Of a DNA stretch of 64,000 nt, positions 24,750 to 36,879 are shown in pieces; within the stretch, counting starts at the first letter, position 1, and the number at the start of each line of letters is the position of its first letter. The notes beneath the pieces were generated by a model. It saw nothing but the letters and a program-made list of their open reading frames with translations, had not been told where the DNA came from and did not search any database. The DNA is taken from NCBI GenBank assembly GCA_963833425.1, contig CAWHXP010000003.1, forward strand, positions 32,001 to 96,000. The letters are read 5' to 3'. Origin of the DNA: an uncultured Methanosarcinaceae archaeon. GTDB lineage: Archaea; Halobacteriota; Methanosarcinia; Methanosarcinales; Methanosarcinaceae. Made by a program: the position numbers and the translations under genes.

Positions 24750-26150
24750 TTAATTTTCGTTATACAGCTCGAATTCTTCATGCAGGATCCTGACTGCAGC
24801 AAATGCATCTTCTTCTCGAACCACGAAAGATATATTGTACTGAGAAGAGCCCTGACTGATCATGATAATGTTTATCATTGAATTCCCAAGAGCTCCAAAA
24901 ACTCGTTTTGCAACACCAGGTGTTCCTGCCATACCTGCACCGACAACTGCAACTACGCATACATTTTCATCTAAGTTGATCTCTTTTACTATTTCGCGGT
25001 CGAATTCAGCATGAAGAGCTTTTAATGCGGATTCAGCATGCGCTTCGCTAACCACAAAAGAAATATTGGACTCGGAAGAGCCCTGGCTGATCATAACAAC
25101 ATTTACTCCGGCCTTCGCAAGCGCCGTAAAAAGCCTTGCTACAGTTCCGACTGCCCCTGCCATCTCTGCGCCTGAGATATTAATTAGGTTCACATTTTTT
25201 ATCAGGCTTACGGCTTTTACAACGTGTTTGCACTGGAACTTCTCCGCAACAACGAGGGTTCCAGGAAACTCGGGATCGAAGGTATTTTTAACACGTACCG
25301 GAATGTGTTCTCTCATTGCAGGCGCAATTGTGCGCGGATGCAGCACGTTTGCCCCAAAGTAAGAGAGCTCCATAGCTTCAGAATAAGAAATTTGTGGGAT
25401 CGTTTTTGCTTCAGGTATGATTCTCGGATCAGTAGTCATGATTCCGTTCACTTCTTTCCAGAGCCAGATTTCATCGGCTTTAAGGGAAGCGCCCAAGATG
25501 GAAGCTGTAAAGTCAGACCCACTCCTTCCCAGGGTAGTAATAATTCCGTTTTCATTTTCTCCAATAAAACCTGTGATTACGATAACCTGTGAACCAAGTA
25601 CGGACTCAAGCCTATTTTTTACAAGTTCGTAAGTTTTTTCCAGAGGCCTGGCATTTCCGTAATCCGATGAGGTTATTATCCCTATTTCTCCACCTGTGTA
25701 TTCGGTTGACGCTATCCCAAGAGATCGAATAGCTCCTGAGACAATCGGAGCAGCTAAGCGTTCTCCATAAGAGCATATATAGTCAATAGACCTGGGCGTA
25801 AGCTCACCAAGATAACAAATTCCAATTAGAGCTTTTTCGAGGTCTTCAATGAGGTGATCGAGAATTTGGAGTACTTCTTTTGCAACTTTGGGTTCATCGA
25901 TTGCATCCTTTACAGCTTCACGGTGTTTTTTTGCAAGTTCTGTTTTAAATTTTTTAATAAGGCTGACTTTGCCTTTTGTTGAGGCAGAAAATGCATTTTC
26001 CAAAAGCTTGTCTGTTACCCCACTCAATGCCGAGGTTACTACCACGATTTGGTTGCCTTCATCGTGGTATTTTTTCAAAATTCGCGCAACCTGGCTGATC
26101 CTTTTTCCGTTCCCAACGGAAGTTCCTCCAAATTTCATTACAATTTTCAT
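24750..26150 (-). CDS. lysC: Aspartate kinase with two ACT domains
   Basis: MKFGGTSV, TTLGRSGSD, DPR, ISQGSS twice. Confidence 0.96.
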   Translation of the reverse strand: MKIVMKFGGTSVGNGKRISQVARILKKYHDEGNQIVVVTSALSGVTDKLLENAFSASTKGKVSLIKKFKTELAKKHREAVKDAIDEPKVAKEVLQILDHLIEDLEKALIGICYLGELTPRSIDYICSYGERLAAPIVSGAIRSLGIASTEYTGGEIGIITSSDYGNARPLEKTYELVKNRLESVLGSQVIVITGFIGENENGIITTLGRSGSDFTASILGASLKADEIWLWKEVNGIMTTDPRIIPEAKTIPQISYSEAMELSYFGANVLHPRTIAPAMREHIPVRVKNTFDPEFPGTLVVAEKFQCKHVVKAVSLIKNVNLINISGAEMAGAVGTVARLFTALAKAGVNVVMISQGSSESNISFVVSEAHAESALKALHAEFDREIVKEINLDENVCVVAVVGAGMAGTPGVAKRVFGALGNSMINIIMISQGSSQYNISFVVREEDAFAAVRILHEEFELYNEN

Positions 26151-26843
26151 AATCAGATCACGTTTTACATTAGCTTGATTATTTCTTATGTCGTTGTTTA
26201 TCCTTAAACTGCTAATATTGATAACTTTGGTTTGAACTCTTTTTTAAGATTGCCGGAATTAATATTTAATTTCAAGTCAGAATATATATTATGCCGTTGG
26301 TCGATTCTCGTTAAAAACATTTCTATGTAATTTGCTTCTGCCTAGCCGCTGCGTGATATATTTCAAGCTGAAAACCCGCCCTGTATAGGGTACAATACTA
26401 TATTATAATTTTTGCTAAACAATAGGTCCAATTTGCTGTGGTTCCGAATGACTATTTTTATTCGGTTACAATTTGTCCTCAATAATTCACAAGAAAAAAC
26501 TTCATTCAGACATCATTGTTCTATTTTTTTGTAATCGCCTATACAAAATTCAACATCTAAAAGTTTTAAAGTATAAAATATACATAGTCTATACTAAACG
26601 GTCATTTTGATTTCTTTAGTACACTTTGAGTCAATACACCTAATTTATCGTTACCTAAACACCAGATTTATTTCTCTATCAAATTTCATTAATAAATTCA
26701 TGAGTAATTTTACTAGGATATATATTGATCTCACAAGATTTACAAATTATTTAATTTTTTCACTCATGACTTGTGTTGTTTGGTAACCTTTTTCCGAATT
26801 CTTTGTCGTAAACTTAATCTATTTTAACTTATCTGTTAGAGCT

Positions 26844-27452
26844 ATGAAAAGAATGGTGATTCTAGATTATGGACTTGGGAATCTTCGGAGTGTTCAAAAG
26901 GGACTTGAACATATAGGGGCCAGTTCCATTATCTCCGGAGATCCTGAGGAAGTTCTTGGCGCAGACGGTGTAATTCTTCCGGGTGTCGGAGCTTTTGCGG
27001 ATGCGATGAAGTACCTTGCTCCAATTGAAGGGATCATAAAAGAGTATGTACTGTCAGGAAAACCGATGCTCGGTATTTGCCTTGGGCAGCAAGTTCTGAT
27101 GAGTTCTTCTGAAGAAGGAAAGTTTACAGATGGACTTAATATTATTTCTGGCAAGGTTCTGCGCTTTCCAAAATCAGAATTAAAAGTACCGCATATTGGG
27201 TGGAATAATATTGGAATCAAACAGGATCACCCTTTGTTTGAAGGCGTTTCTGAAAATTCTTTTGTATATTTTGTACATTCGTATTACGTGGGCACAGCGT
27301 TGGAGAATACCCTTGCAGTGTGTAACTATGGGCTGGAGTTTTCAGCTTCTGTCGTGAACTCGGAAGGCAATGTTATGGGTACCCAGTTCCATCCTGAGAA
27401 AAGTGGAGCGACTGGATTGAAGATCCTAAAAAATTTTAGAGATATGTGCTGA
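26844..27452 (+). CDS. hisH: Imidazole glycerol phosphate synthase glutaminase subunit
   Basis: DYGLGNLRSV, LPGVGAF, GICLG, FVHSY, QFHPEKSG. Confidence 0.97.
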   Translation: MKRMVILDYGLGNLRSVQKGLEHIGASSIISGDPEEVLGADGVILPGVGAFADAMKYLAPIEGIIKEYVLSGKPMLGICLGQQVLMSSSEEGKFTDGLNIISGKVLRFPKSELKVPHIGWNNIGIKQDHPLFEGVSENSFVYFVHSYYVGTALENTLAVCNYGLEFSASVVNSEGNVMGTQFHPEKSGATGLKILKNFRDMC

Positions 27453-27639
27453 ACAGATATTTAGAAGAATTCGCTAATGTACTAAAAATTCGCTAACATT
27501 GAAGCTTGAAAGTTATTTTTTATTTTTTTGTTCAGTAATTAAGTTTAGATTCTTAAGCGCTTTAGATAAAATATTTAGTTCACCGGATATAATGTTTGTG
27601 TGATATCCCTGAACTTTAGGGTAGCATAATCTACAAGAG

Positions 27640-28983
27640 ATGGTCAATATGGATTTAGAAGGCTATGCAAAACGGGCTCTCAGGAAGAATCCTTCAAATG
27701 AAGTAGAACTTAAGGCACAACTGGCTTCAAGGATCCTCGAAATTAAGAACATAAGCTACGAACGAGTTTATGAAATTGTGGCTGCAGTTATTAATGAGGC
27801 AAAAGCAACACTCAATTTAGAAGGCGAAGTTTTAAGTCCTACCTTATCTGGAGTTTCCATGGGAGAATTTGGAGTAGGGTCCAGAGGTACTGGGGATTTC
27901 TATGTTCACTCCAAGCTCGGAGAAGTCATAGGCCAAACAGGTGCATTTGTAGATAGTTCCCAGCTTGATGACTCAGGTGTTGTCAAATTCGGTGATGAGT
28001 ACCTCGTTGTTACAATTGATGGTATCCATTCTCGCCTGAGTGATTTTCCTTTTCTTTCAGGGTTTCATGTAGCCAGGGCAGCTTTACGTGATGTATACTC
28101 CATGGGGGCCCGTCCTCTGGCGATGTTTTCAGATATTCATATAGCAGACGACGGAGATGTTGCAAAGATTTTTGACCATATTGCAGGAATAACTACGGTT
28201 TCTGAACTAACGGGAATACCCCTCATAACTGGAAGCACACTTCGAATTGGCGGGGACATGGTCATAGGTGAACGAATGACAGGAGGTGTTGGCGCTGTAG
28301 GTATAACTTCCTATCTTACCCCCCGAAATAAGACTCAGATAGGCGACCTCATATTTATGACCGAAGGAGCTGGTGGGGGTACAGTTTCTACAACTGCGCT
28401 TTACTACGGGATGCATGATGTTGTGGAAGAGACTATAAACATCCGTTTCCTTGAGGCTTGCGAAGCTCTACTGAAATCAGGACTTTATAGTAAAATTCAT
28501 TCTATGACTGACGTTACTAATGGCGGAATTCGGGGTGATGCCAGAGAAATCTCAAAGACCGCAGGTGTAAAAATGATCTTTGAAGAAGAAAAAATGAGAG
28601 CACTTGTAAATCCGAAGGTTCTTTCTATGCTGGAGTTCCTGGAAATCGACTACCTTGGAATATCTATCGATGCTCTGTTAATCATTGCACCATCTGAACA
28701 TGCAAAAAATATTTTAGAAACTGTTAGAGCTGCAAATGTCGAGATTGACATCATAGGTCGTGTGGAAGAAGGGCTAGGAGCAGAGATTCTCATGAATGGG
28801 GAAATTCGGGACTTTTCGCCAAGGTTTCGAGAATCGGCCTATACCCCTGTGAAAAAGGTACATGGTGAAGAAAAACCCAGAGACTTTGAGGATATGAGGT
28901 TAGCAATCGAAAGAGCTGCTGAAGAAGCTATCAGTAAAAAAAGTCGGATTCTAGAACATATCAAAGGTAAAAGGAAAAATTAG
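27640..28983 (+). CDS. AIR synthase-related (PurM/HypE-fold) methanogen protein
   Basis: GVGSRGTGDF, DGIHSRLS, MTDVTNGG. Confidence 0.85.
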   Translation: MVNMDLEGYAKRALRKNPSNEVELKAQLASRILEIKNISYERVYEIVAAVINEAKATLNLEGEVLSPTLSGVSMGEFGVGSRGTGDFYVHSKLGEVIGQTGAFVDSSQLDDSGVVKFGDEYLVVTIDGIHSRLSDFPFLSGFHVARAALRDVYSMGARPLAMFSDIHIADDGDVAKIFDHIAGITTVSELTGIPLITGSTLRIGGDMVIGERMTGGVGAVGITSYLTPRNKTQIGDLIFMTEGAGGGTVSTTALYYGMHDVVEETINIRFLEACEALLKSGLYSKIHSMTDVTNGGIRGDAREISKTAGVKMIFEEEKMRALVNPKVLSMLEFLEIDYLGISIDALLIIAPSEHAKNILETVRAANVEIDIIGRVEEGLGAEILMNGEIRDFSPRFRESAYTPVKKVHGEEKPRDFEDMRLAIERAAEEAISKKSRILEHIKGKRKN

Positions 28984-29347
28984 GCTGATTGATGCCTGAA
29001 ATTTTGATTAAAGACTAAAATACAGTAGCATATTTTTTGCTTGCTATAAGTACTTGCTTTTCTTTTGCAATAATAAAGACTTTTTCTTTAAATCTTGTTG
29101 CCCCTATGACAAAATTTTGAAGTACTCTATAATTGTAACTTTAATTTGAGAGTTCTATTTATATGCTATATGGCATTTTTATATTTATAAGGAATGAAGG
29201 ATTAACATTATGTCAACAAATTTTTGATCAATTTTTTATGATTCTATTTGGCAGATATTTTCCCACTCCTTGAATGTCATTTTTTCAAATTTTGATCGAA
29301 TTTTTAATATTTGATTTGATACTATATGAGTAACATGAAAGATATTA

Positions 29348-30200
29348 GGTTCCGTTGCAAAAATTTCAGAATATGCATGTAAATCTATGAGTGTAAAGAA
29401 AGTAAAATATTCAAGGAAAATGTACTAACATTATAAAACTATACCAAACCATTGATTAATGTATTTGACTTCACCAAGAACAGAGTAATTTAGATTATTT
29501 ACTTGTCCTTTTTTGATCATATTCATGGCTTCAATTCCTTTTAAAGTCTTATTAGCAAATCGAAAAGGCTGAAATCCTAACATTGGATTAACGATTCGTT
29601 TGATAGATCTATGATCTTGTTCTATAATGTTATTCGAATACTTGATTTGTCTAATGCCTACGTTTTTAGGTGATATTTTATCATTTTTCAGTTCATCTAT
29701 AGAAAGTGGATAAGCTGGATTCTTATCAACAGTTATTACTCCTGGAATTTGATTATGATTAGAACTCAATACTTTCTTAAAGAATCTCTTCGCTGCATTT
29801 CGGTTTCGTTTTGCACTTAACATGAAATCAATTGTATCTCCATTTGAGTCAACTGCTCGGTAAAAATATTTCCATTTACCTTGTACTTTGATATAGGTTT
29901 CATCAACTCTCCACAAATAGTTTGTTGGTCTTAAATGCCTTATGATCTTCTTTTCTATTTCAGGGGGAATATTATGCACCCATCTCATTATAGTACTGTG
30001 ATCAACTTGAATTCCTCTTTCTATCATCATTTCCTTTAAATTTCTATAGCTCAATGGATATTTTAGGTACAATCTTATATTCAATAGGATAATTTCTCCT
30101 TCATAATGCTTCCATTTAAAGGAATTAGATAGCATGTTACTATCTTTGGTTTTCTTTTTATTCTATTGTACCAGTAGAAAGGATTTTTTGCAACGGAACC
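29348..30200 (-). mobile_element. IS6-family insertion sequence with uninterrupted 234-aa transposase ORF (29431-30135)
   Basis: Both TIRs GGTTCCGTTGCAAA; WRVDETYIK, VDKNPAY, NNIIEQDHR; no flanking duplication. Confidence 0.95.
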
Positions 30201-30627
30201 CTTTAAACTCTTCTATGAAAATGCAGTTGTCACGATACATCTATTCTTGATTAGTTATCTCTATTCTTTGCTCCTGTCTCTGCTTCATCGTACTTATCGG
30301 AAAAAAGTAAAAAAAATGGCCTTCACCATATCGATAGTTTTATATGTAGCAAGTTAATTTAATTGCCTTTTAAAATTGTTTTTGTATTGGGTACATCATT
30401 CTCGAGTACTTTATAGATTTTTATGGATGTAACTAATTTATGTGAAGACTATAGATTGTTTAGAAGTTCTTCTATAGATTCTTTATTCAACTACGCGATC
30501 TTTCTGCTTGATAGCTGAGATTAACTTTAGTGATCAATGTCAAATTAAGCGTTAAGTCGTGAGCCACATAGTGATGATACTTATATTAGCCAAATGTAAA
30601 AAATCCAGCAAAATGAGTAAAAATTAA

Positions 30628-32622
30628 GTGAAGGCTGAAATAATAATGCAAAATATTGGAACATATGTTAAGAAATTAAAGATTTCAATTATTGGAGAAC
30701 CACGTAACCCATTAGATTCGAATATATTTCATAAAATTTCTCTGATATCACTTTTTGCGTGGGTTGGTCTAGGATCTGACGCAATGTCTTCCTCATCTTA
30801 TGGCCCTCCGGAAGCATATCTGGCACTGGGAGGACATATTTATCTTGCCATATTTGTTGCGATGGGCATTATATTGACAATCTTTGTAATTAGTACGAGT
30901 TATTCGCAAATAGTTGAGTTATTTCCTACAGGCGGTGGTGGATATTTAGTTGCAAGCAAATTGCTATCGCCGTCTCTTGGAATGCTTTCTGGTTGTGCAC
31001 TCCTGATAGATTATGTACTTACAATTTCAATTTCAATAGCAAGCGGTGTAGAAGCCGTACTAAGCTTTCTACCAATAAGTTGGCAAATAACTAAATTGGG
31101 GTTCGCTTTTTTTGTGATCATGGTACTTATCGTATTGAATTTGAGAGGGATAAAGGAATCAGTTATAGTTTTAGTACCAATATTTGCATTATTTGCAATT
31201 ACCCATGTTATATTAATAATATATGCATTTTCTACCCATCTAACGAACGTACCAACAGTGATGAATAATACCGTCACTGATGTCCACGAAGTAACATCTG
31301 GAATAGGGGTTACAGGGTTGCTTTTTATTATTCTGCATTCATATAGCATGGGAGCTGGGACATATACTGGAATTGAGGCCGTAAGTAACGCAGTTCCAGT
31401 AATGAGAGAACCGAAAGTGAAGACGGCAAAGAGAACCATGCGTCTTATGGCGATTTCACTGGCATTCATGGCAGCAGGACTGATGTTTGCTTATGTACTT
31501 TATAATGTCGCCCATGAACCTGGTAAAACTTTGAATGCCACCTTATTTGAGAATGTGACCAAGTCTTGGGGAAGTCTGGGTAACTATTTTGTAATAGCAA
31601 CTCTCCTATCAGAAGCAGGACTATTGTTTGTAGCGGCACAGACTGGATTTATAGATGGTCCACGAGTCCTGGCAAATATGGCTCTAGATAGATGGGTTCC
31701 GACTAAGTTCGCAACGCTGAGTGATAGATTTGTGACTCAAAATGGCATATTGATAATGGGCATTTCAGCGTTAATTATGGTCTTCCTTACCCATGGATCA
31801 GTCGAAAGCTTGGTAGTCCTTTATAGCATTGCGGTTTTCATAACTTTTTTTCTATCTCAAGCAGGAATGGTTCGCCATTGGTGGGAATCTAAAACAGAAG
31901 TCAAAGACTGGAAGAAAAAATTTCTCGTCAATGGTATGGGATTATTAATGACTGTTTTGATATTAATATCAGTGATACTGGTTAAGTTCCACGAAGGTGG
32001 ATGGGTGACATTGCTTATTATCGCAGTTTTTGCTGGAGTTGTTCTTGTTATTAGGCACCATTATGACTATGCTTCAGGACTTATTAAAGAGTTGAATGCC
32101 GCAATCATCAATTATACCGAATTTGCGGATATAATTAAAAATGATGCACCTTATAGAGTTGACATGCAAGATAAAACTGCTGTACTACTTGTAAACGGTT
32201 TTAATGGTTTGGGGATCCATACACTGTATAATATATTCAAATTATTTGGTGGAATATACAAAAATTTTGTATTTGTACAAATTGGAGTAATCGATGCTGG
32301 AGTGTTTAAAGGAGTAGAAGAAATTAAAGGACTTCAGGCTGAGGTAAATAAGGATATAAATAAATATGTCGGATTAATTTCATCATATGGCTATTATGCC
32401 GAAAGTTTTACCTCAATAGGTACTGATGTTGTTGATGAAATTACAAAGCTGGCACCAGAAATCTTAAAGAAGTTTCCTAATTCGGTATTCTTTGGTGGAC
32501 AGATTGTCTTCCCTAATGAATCGTTACTCTCTAGATGGCTCCATAATTATACTGTCTTCTCATCACAGAGAAAACTATATGCTGAAGGCATTCCTTTTGT
32601 AGTTTTGCCAATCAAGGTGTAA
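30628..32622 (+). CDS. APC-family permease, KimA/YdaO-like (putative K+/H+ symporter)
   Basis: DAMSSSSYGP, GGGGY, LLIDYVLT, TGIEAVSN, KFHEGGW plus C-terminal cytoplasmic domain. Confidence 0.85.
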   Translation: MKAEIIMQNIGTYVKKLKISIIGEPRNPLDSNIFHKISLISLFAWVGLGSDAMSSSSYGPPEAYLALGGHIYLAIFVAMGIILTIFVISTSYSQIVELFPTGGGGYLVASKLLSPSLGMLSGCALLIDYVLTISISIASGVEAVLSFLPISWQITKLGFAFFVIMVLIVLNLRGIKESVIVLVPIFALFAITHVILIIYAFSTHLTNVPTVMNNTVTDVHEVTSGIGVTGLLFIILHSYSMGAGTYTGIEAVSNAVPVMREPKVKTAKRTMRLMAISLAFMAAGLMFAYVLYNVAHEPGKTLNATLFENVTKSWGSLGNYFVIATLLSEAGLLFVAAQTGFIDGPRVLANMALDRWVPTKFATLSDRFVTQNGILIMGISALIMVFLTHGSVESLVVLYSIAVFITFFLSQAGMVRHWWESKTEVKDWKKKFLVNGMGLLMTVLILISVILVKFHEGGWVTLLIIAVFAGVVLVIRHHYDYASGLIKELNAAIINYTEFADIIKNDAPYRVDMQDKTAVLLVNGFNGLGIHTLYNIFKLFGGIYKNFVFVQIGVIDAGVFKGVEEIKGLQAEVNKDINKYVGLISSYGYYAESFTSIGTDVVDEITKLAPEILKKFPNSVFFGGQIVFPNESLLSRWLHNYTVFSSQRKLYAEGIPFVVLPIKV

Positions 32623-33074
32623 AAATGATCTTTGAAGACTGAAATTAAAGTCTTGAGGATCAAAATCAGATACAATAAAAATTTTATTTTCAAATTAGAA
32701 CTTAGACATCAGAAGGTTTAAATGCCATTGATTTCTCGATTTGGCTATATAAGTCCTAAAATTTAGTTGTCATATGGGTGATTTTGTTAAAATAGGAATT
32801 GTTCTATATAAATCAAAAAAATGTACTTGATAATGAAAAAGGGAAAATATTAAATGGATTTCTAAGACTAACATATAAACTATGAAAGCAATAAAAATAT
32901 TATGAAATATTTTCGGTCACGCGAGTTATTTATTTATCAATTCTGAAAAAAAATAATATTATCCAAAAGTATTTTGAGTAAAATACAAAGAGTTTCTGAC
33001 ACTCACTGTCTTTAGTAACTTGTGGACACGACATAAAAGGTAAGATTGGAAAAATAAATATATTTTTGAAGAGA

Positions 33075-33300
33075 ACTTGAAAATAGGGTCACTGAAATTT
33101 TTTTCTGTAACGGTCGTCAGGATGGTTGAGACTTTGAATTCCTTGCCCGCACTGACAACTAGTTCAGCATTGTTACGGAGATATACGACATCAATAGACT
33201 TGGTATCGAAGGCCGCCTGCGACTGATAATCGATCATAATCAACGTATGGTTGGTCGGATTCAAAAGCGTTTTTCTTGGGGTTGGATTTGCTTTGAACAT
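33075..33300 (-). pseudogene. YcaC-like isochorismatase/cysteine hydrolase, N-terminal fragment
   Basis: LIMIDYQ...LRNN...TILTT...FSDPIF, then similarity is lost. Confidence 0.7.
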
Positions 33301-33705
33301 AGTTTAGACTTTCTGTTTAGGTAAGATCATATCTCTAGTTTCGTTTATGTTGCCTGAATAATAAAGTCAAAAGGACATAGATACTATTTCGAACTTTGCA
33401 AGTATAATTTTTCTGATGGGCTTTCTCTAAAAGTAAGTCATTTTATGACTTCAAAATGATAAAGAATGTTGTTTTATTATTAATTCTCATTTATATATAT
33501 CTATTATTTTTTTTAAAACTTAGTCAAATGAATTAAATTCCCTTAACTTTTGAAATATGTTTACTCATAGTTCTAGTGAATCGAAAATTATGGGAAGGAT
33601 ACGTTGAGAATATGGATAGATTTTATGCGAAATCTCTGCATCAGTGAAACAATAAACACTGTTTTTGTGGTGGAGACAAAGAACACAGAACTACTTAGAA
33701 TTTAC

Positions 33706-34352
33706 GGTTCCGTTGCAAAAAATTCAAAAAAAAGATGTAACTCTATAAGTAATAAACAAAAATCAAAAATATCCGAGGAAAATGTATCAATATTATAAAA
33801 CTAAACCAAACAATTGATTAATGTATTTGACTTCATTAAGAACAGAGTATTTTAGATTCTTGATTTGTCCTTTATTGATCATATTCATGGCTTCAATTCC
33901 TTTTAAAGTCTTATTAGCAGATCGAAAAGACTGAAATCCTAACATTGGATTAACGATTCGTTTGATAGATCTATGATCTTGTTCTATAATGTTATTCAAA
34001 TACTTGATTTGCCTAATGCCTACGTTTTTAGGTAATATTTATCTTTTTTCAGTTCATCTATAGAAAGTGGATAAGCTGGATTCTTATCAACGGTTATTAA
34101 TCTTGGAATTTGATTATGATTAGAACTCAATACTTTCTTAAAGAATCTCTTCGCTGCTTTTCGATTTCGTTTTGCACTTAACATGAAATCAATTGTATCT
34201 CCATCTTAATCAACTGCTCGGTAAAAATATTTCCATTTACCTTTTACTCTGATATAGGTTTCATCAACTCTCCACGAATCGTTTGTTGGTCTTAAATGTC
34301 TTCTTACCTTTTTTTCTATTTCAGGAGAATATTAATGCACCCATCTCATTAT
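33706..34352 (-). mobile_element. Truncated IS6 copy (5' part of transposase deleted, internal stops)
   Basis: TIR at 33706; sequence nearly identical to 29431-29990; broken at IMRWVH by the next element. Confidence 0.92.
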
Positions 34353-34354
34353 AG

Positions 34355-34473
34355 GGTTCTGTTGCAAAAATAATATTTTCACAGAATTCTTGTCTTTTTG
34401 TACTGTTTCCCGGTGATGAGAATGATTAAAATTCTTAATTGTAGAGGTTTTACACTGATTTTGCAACAAATAC
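34355..34473. mobile_element. IS6-derived MITE (~119 bp)
   Basis: GGTTCTGTTGCAAAA ... TTTTGCAACAAATAC, no ORF inside. Confidence 0.7.
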
Positions 34474-34492
34474 AGATTTTTTGCACCACAAA

Positions 34493-35013
34493 CAGACCTC
34501 AACCTGTGCTCACTCTGATCTTATGGGCAATCTCACAATGCAGTACTGTGACCTCTGGTCCAATGAATCAGTAGAATACCACGGTGAATTTGGTGGTACA
34601 ACTGTTCAGTGCTGGTCTGAAACCCTGGCATACGACTGCGCTCTCATGAACTTTGCTCTTGACTCAGGTAATGAAAAAATCCTGAGAGACATGTTTGCAG
34701 CTTCGGACATGTATAGAGATGCGCAGGGTTATGTGCTTGCATATCCTAATACATACAGAGTGGGACAGGCAATTGCAAAGGATGGAAACGATACTTATCT
34801 CCGTGCCAAGAATGCGGCTCTGGAAAGCATCAAAATAGTCGAAGAAGGAGCAAAAGGCAAACTTGAGCTCTCCAGGTTCGAAGCAAATGCTCTTAAAGAT
34901 GTAAAAGCAGCTTTCGGAACCCTTACAGACGCAGAGATCAATTCGTGAGCGACTGCCTCACAAAATATAAGAGTGAAGTTGCGATCTTCCTGCCTGAGAA
35001 TTAGTGCTTCTAA
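34493..35013 (+). pseudogene. mtaB: Methanol:corrinoid methyltransferase, C-terminal fragment
   Basis: TSTCAHSDLMGNL, CDLWSNESVEYHGEFGGTTVQCWSETLAYDC, RDAQGYVLAY; 5' part missing, frameshift near 34930, then SDCLTKYKSEV.IFLPEN. Confidence 0.92.
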
Positions 35014-35129
35014 TCGGGGCTGGTTCTTCTATTATCTTTTTTAAATAGTCTTGGTTAAAGCCCTTGTTACAAAACCTATATCAGTACTTTTTCATTGAAC
35101 TGAAAAAGTAAAAACATTTCAGAGAAAAA

Positions 35130-35650
35130 AGAAAAAACAGGTTTCACAGTCACTCTTTTCTTACCAGGCGATTCTCTCGTCTTCGCAACTGAGGCTCTTG
35201 ATGCTATCGGATCGCTCAAGTTATTTACCCTACTGTTTACCCTGTTTTTTGCAGCTATTGCAGGAGATACTGCCAAGTATCATGTCGGTCAGTTATTAAG
35301 AAATAATGTAGCGAGCAGCGATAACTCCGGTTTATTTAACAGGAGCATCTTGATCTTACACACATATTCTTTGAAAAACATGAGGCGAAAACAACAATAA
35401 TAACCTTCTTTGTTCCTATTATCCGCAGCTTTGCGCCTTTTGTTGCAGTTGTTGGAATAATGTCCTGTTCAAATTTCATTAGCTATAATGTCATTGGTGG
35501 AATCTAATAGGTATGAGCATTCCTTTTAGAAGGATACTTTTTTCGGAAACCTGCCGAATGTAAAGGATAACTTCAGCTTTAAGATACTTGGAATGATTTT
35601 TGATTCATTACTTCCAGGCTTTATTACGTATATTCAAAGCAGAAATGATT
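35130..35650 (+). pseudogene. DedA-family membrane protein relic
   Basis: FLPGDSLVF, AAIAGD, IIRSFAPFVA, FISYNVIGG in broken frames. Confidence 0.75.
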
Positions 35651-36285
35651 AAAAAAGGACTGCAGTCAAGTAAATACAGCACAAAATCAAATCAGAAATT
35701 AGAATTGACAGCTAGGTATAAATCAGGCTCAAGAATAGTTAGAAAAAATGGGGCATGCTCGTTTTTCAGAATTATCAAAGAACTCACAGATGCGACTGAA
35801 TTTCCTTTTCAGTGTTTTTCTTCCTGCTTGAAAGATTCTCTATTTTTTGCAATATGTGTTCTCTTTATGTTCGCGCTCGTGGTCATTTTCAGGTTTAGGT
35901 ACCTTAATGCCCCTCTTCTCAAAAACTCCCTGTACCGAGCTATTTACTGCTTCTTTAAGGGCTTCTTTCTTAACATTTGAAACTGCTGAGAGGATTTTTA
36001 ATGCAGGAACCGATCCTTACTTTGTTTTAATTATATCTTCTGGGGCTCTTCGTAATATATTGTAACGCTTTGTTTTACGGTTTCTGACCCTATATCTACG
36101 AAAAGGTTAATATGCCTGCAAATTCGGGATTTAATTTTAATACCTTTGCTTTTAAGTGGTCATCAATTAGGTTATTAATTCTCTTGCAGCTACATTGCTC
36201 AGATTTTCATTTTCAACTGCAAATTCTACATAATAGTGTATCAAAATAAAGAAACTATTTTACAGACAGATTTCTAATTATAACC

Positions 36286-36560
36286 ATGTCTCAACAGGAT
36301 ATTCGTAACCTAGCTTACTGGAACAATCGACTAAAAATTGCAGAAAACGAAATGTTACCAGAAAATTTCAAAATTCTCAGAAAGCATATCAAAAGGTTGC
36401 AGGATGAAGAAAGAAAACCAACGATGATAATTAATAATCTGGCTATACTTATACGCTTCTCTAAGTGATTGGAAAAGAAATTTAAGAACTTTATCAAGGA
36501 TGACTTTACCGACTACTTGGACACTACGGTGACCCTGAAAAATTCTTATCAAATAACTTA
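36286..36560 (+). pseudogene. Possible N-terminal fragment of a tyrosine integrase
   Basis: ENFKILRKHIKRLQDEERKPT..NNL..L..F pattern typical of methanogen integrase N-termini; in-frame stop, truncated. Confidence 0.4.
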
Positions 36561-36566
36561 ATCTGG

Positions 36567-36878
36567 TTGGGAGACGAAGAAGCTTTGAAAAAACTCGGGC
36601 AGGGATGGTATGCAGATGAAACCTTTGCCCTTGTATACTTCTGCATTTTGAGTTATCCAAAAGACTATAAAAAAGCAGTGCAAACATCCGTGTATATCAC
36701 AGGAGATTCTGATTCAGTAGGAAGCATTGCAGAAGGAATTCTTGGAGCAAAGCTGGGTATTGAAGAAGTTCCTGCTTCCTGGACTGAGGCTCTTAAGGAA
36801 AAAGAAAAACTCGAGGAAATGGTCAGACCTTTACTTGAAAAATACTTTAAGATTTCAGATAATAAAATGAGGTCTTGA
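36567..36878 (+). pseudogene. ADP-ribosylglycohydrolase C-terminal fragment
   Basis: LGQGWYADE, TGDSDSVGSIA.GILGA. Confidence 0.8.
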
Positions 36879-36879
36879 A

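Noticed and set aside
26210..26400. Leader peptide or lysine riboswitch upstream of lysC
   Set aside because: The short ORF is not convincingly enriched in regulatory codons and no lysine-riboswitch consensus is recognisable.
34990..35013. In-frame TAG near the end of the mtaB relic (and TAG at 45028) as pyrrolysine codons
   Set aside because: MtaB is not a Pyl protein and the gene is already truncated and frameshifted; at 45028 the homologous sequence continues in a different frame, not through the TAG.
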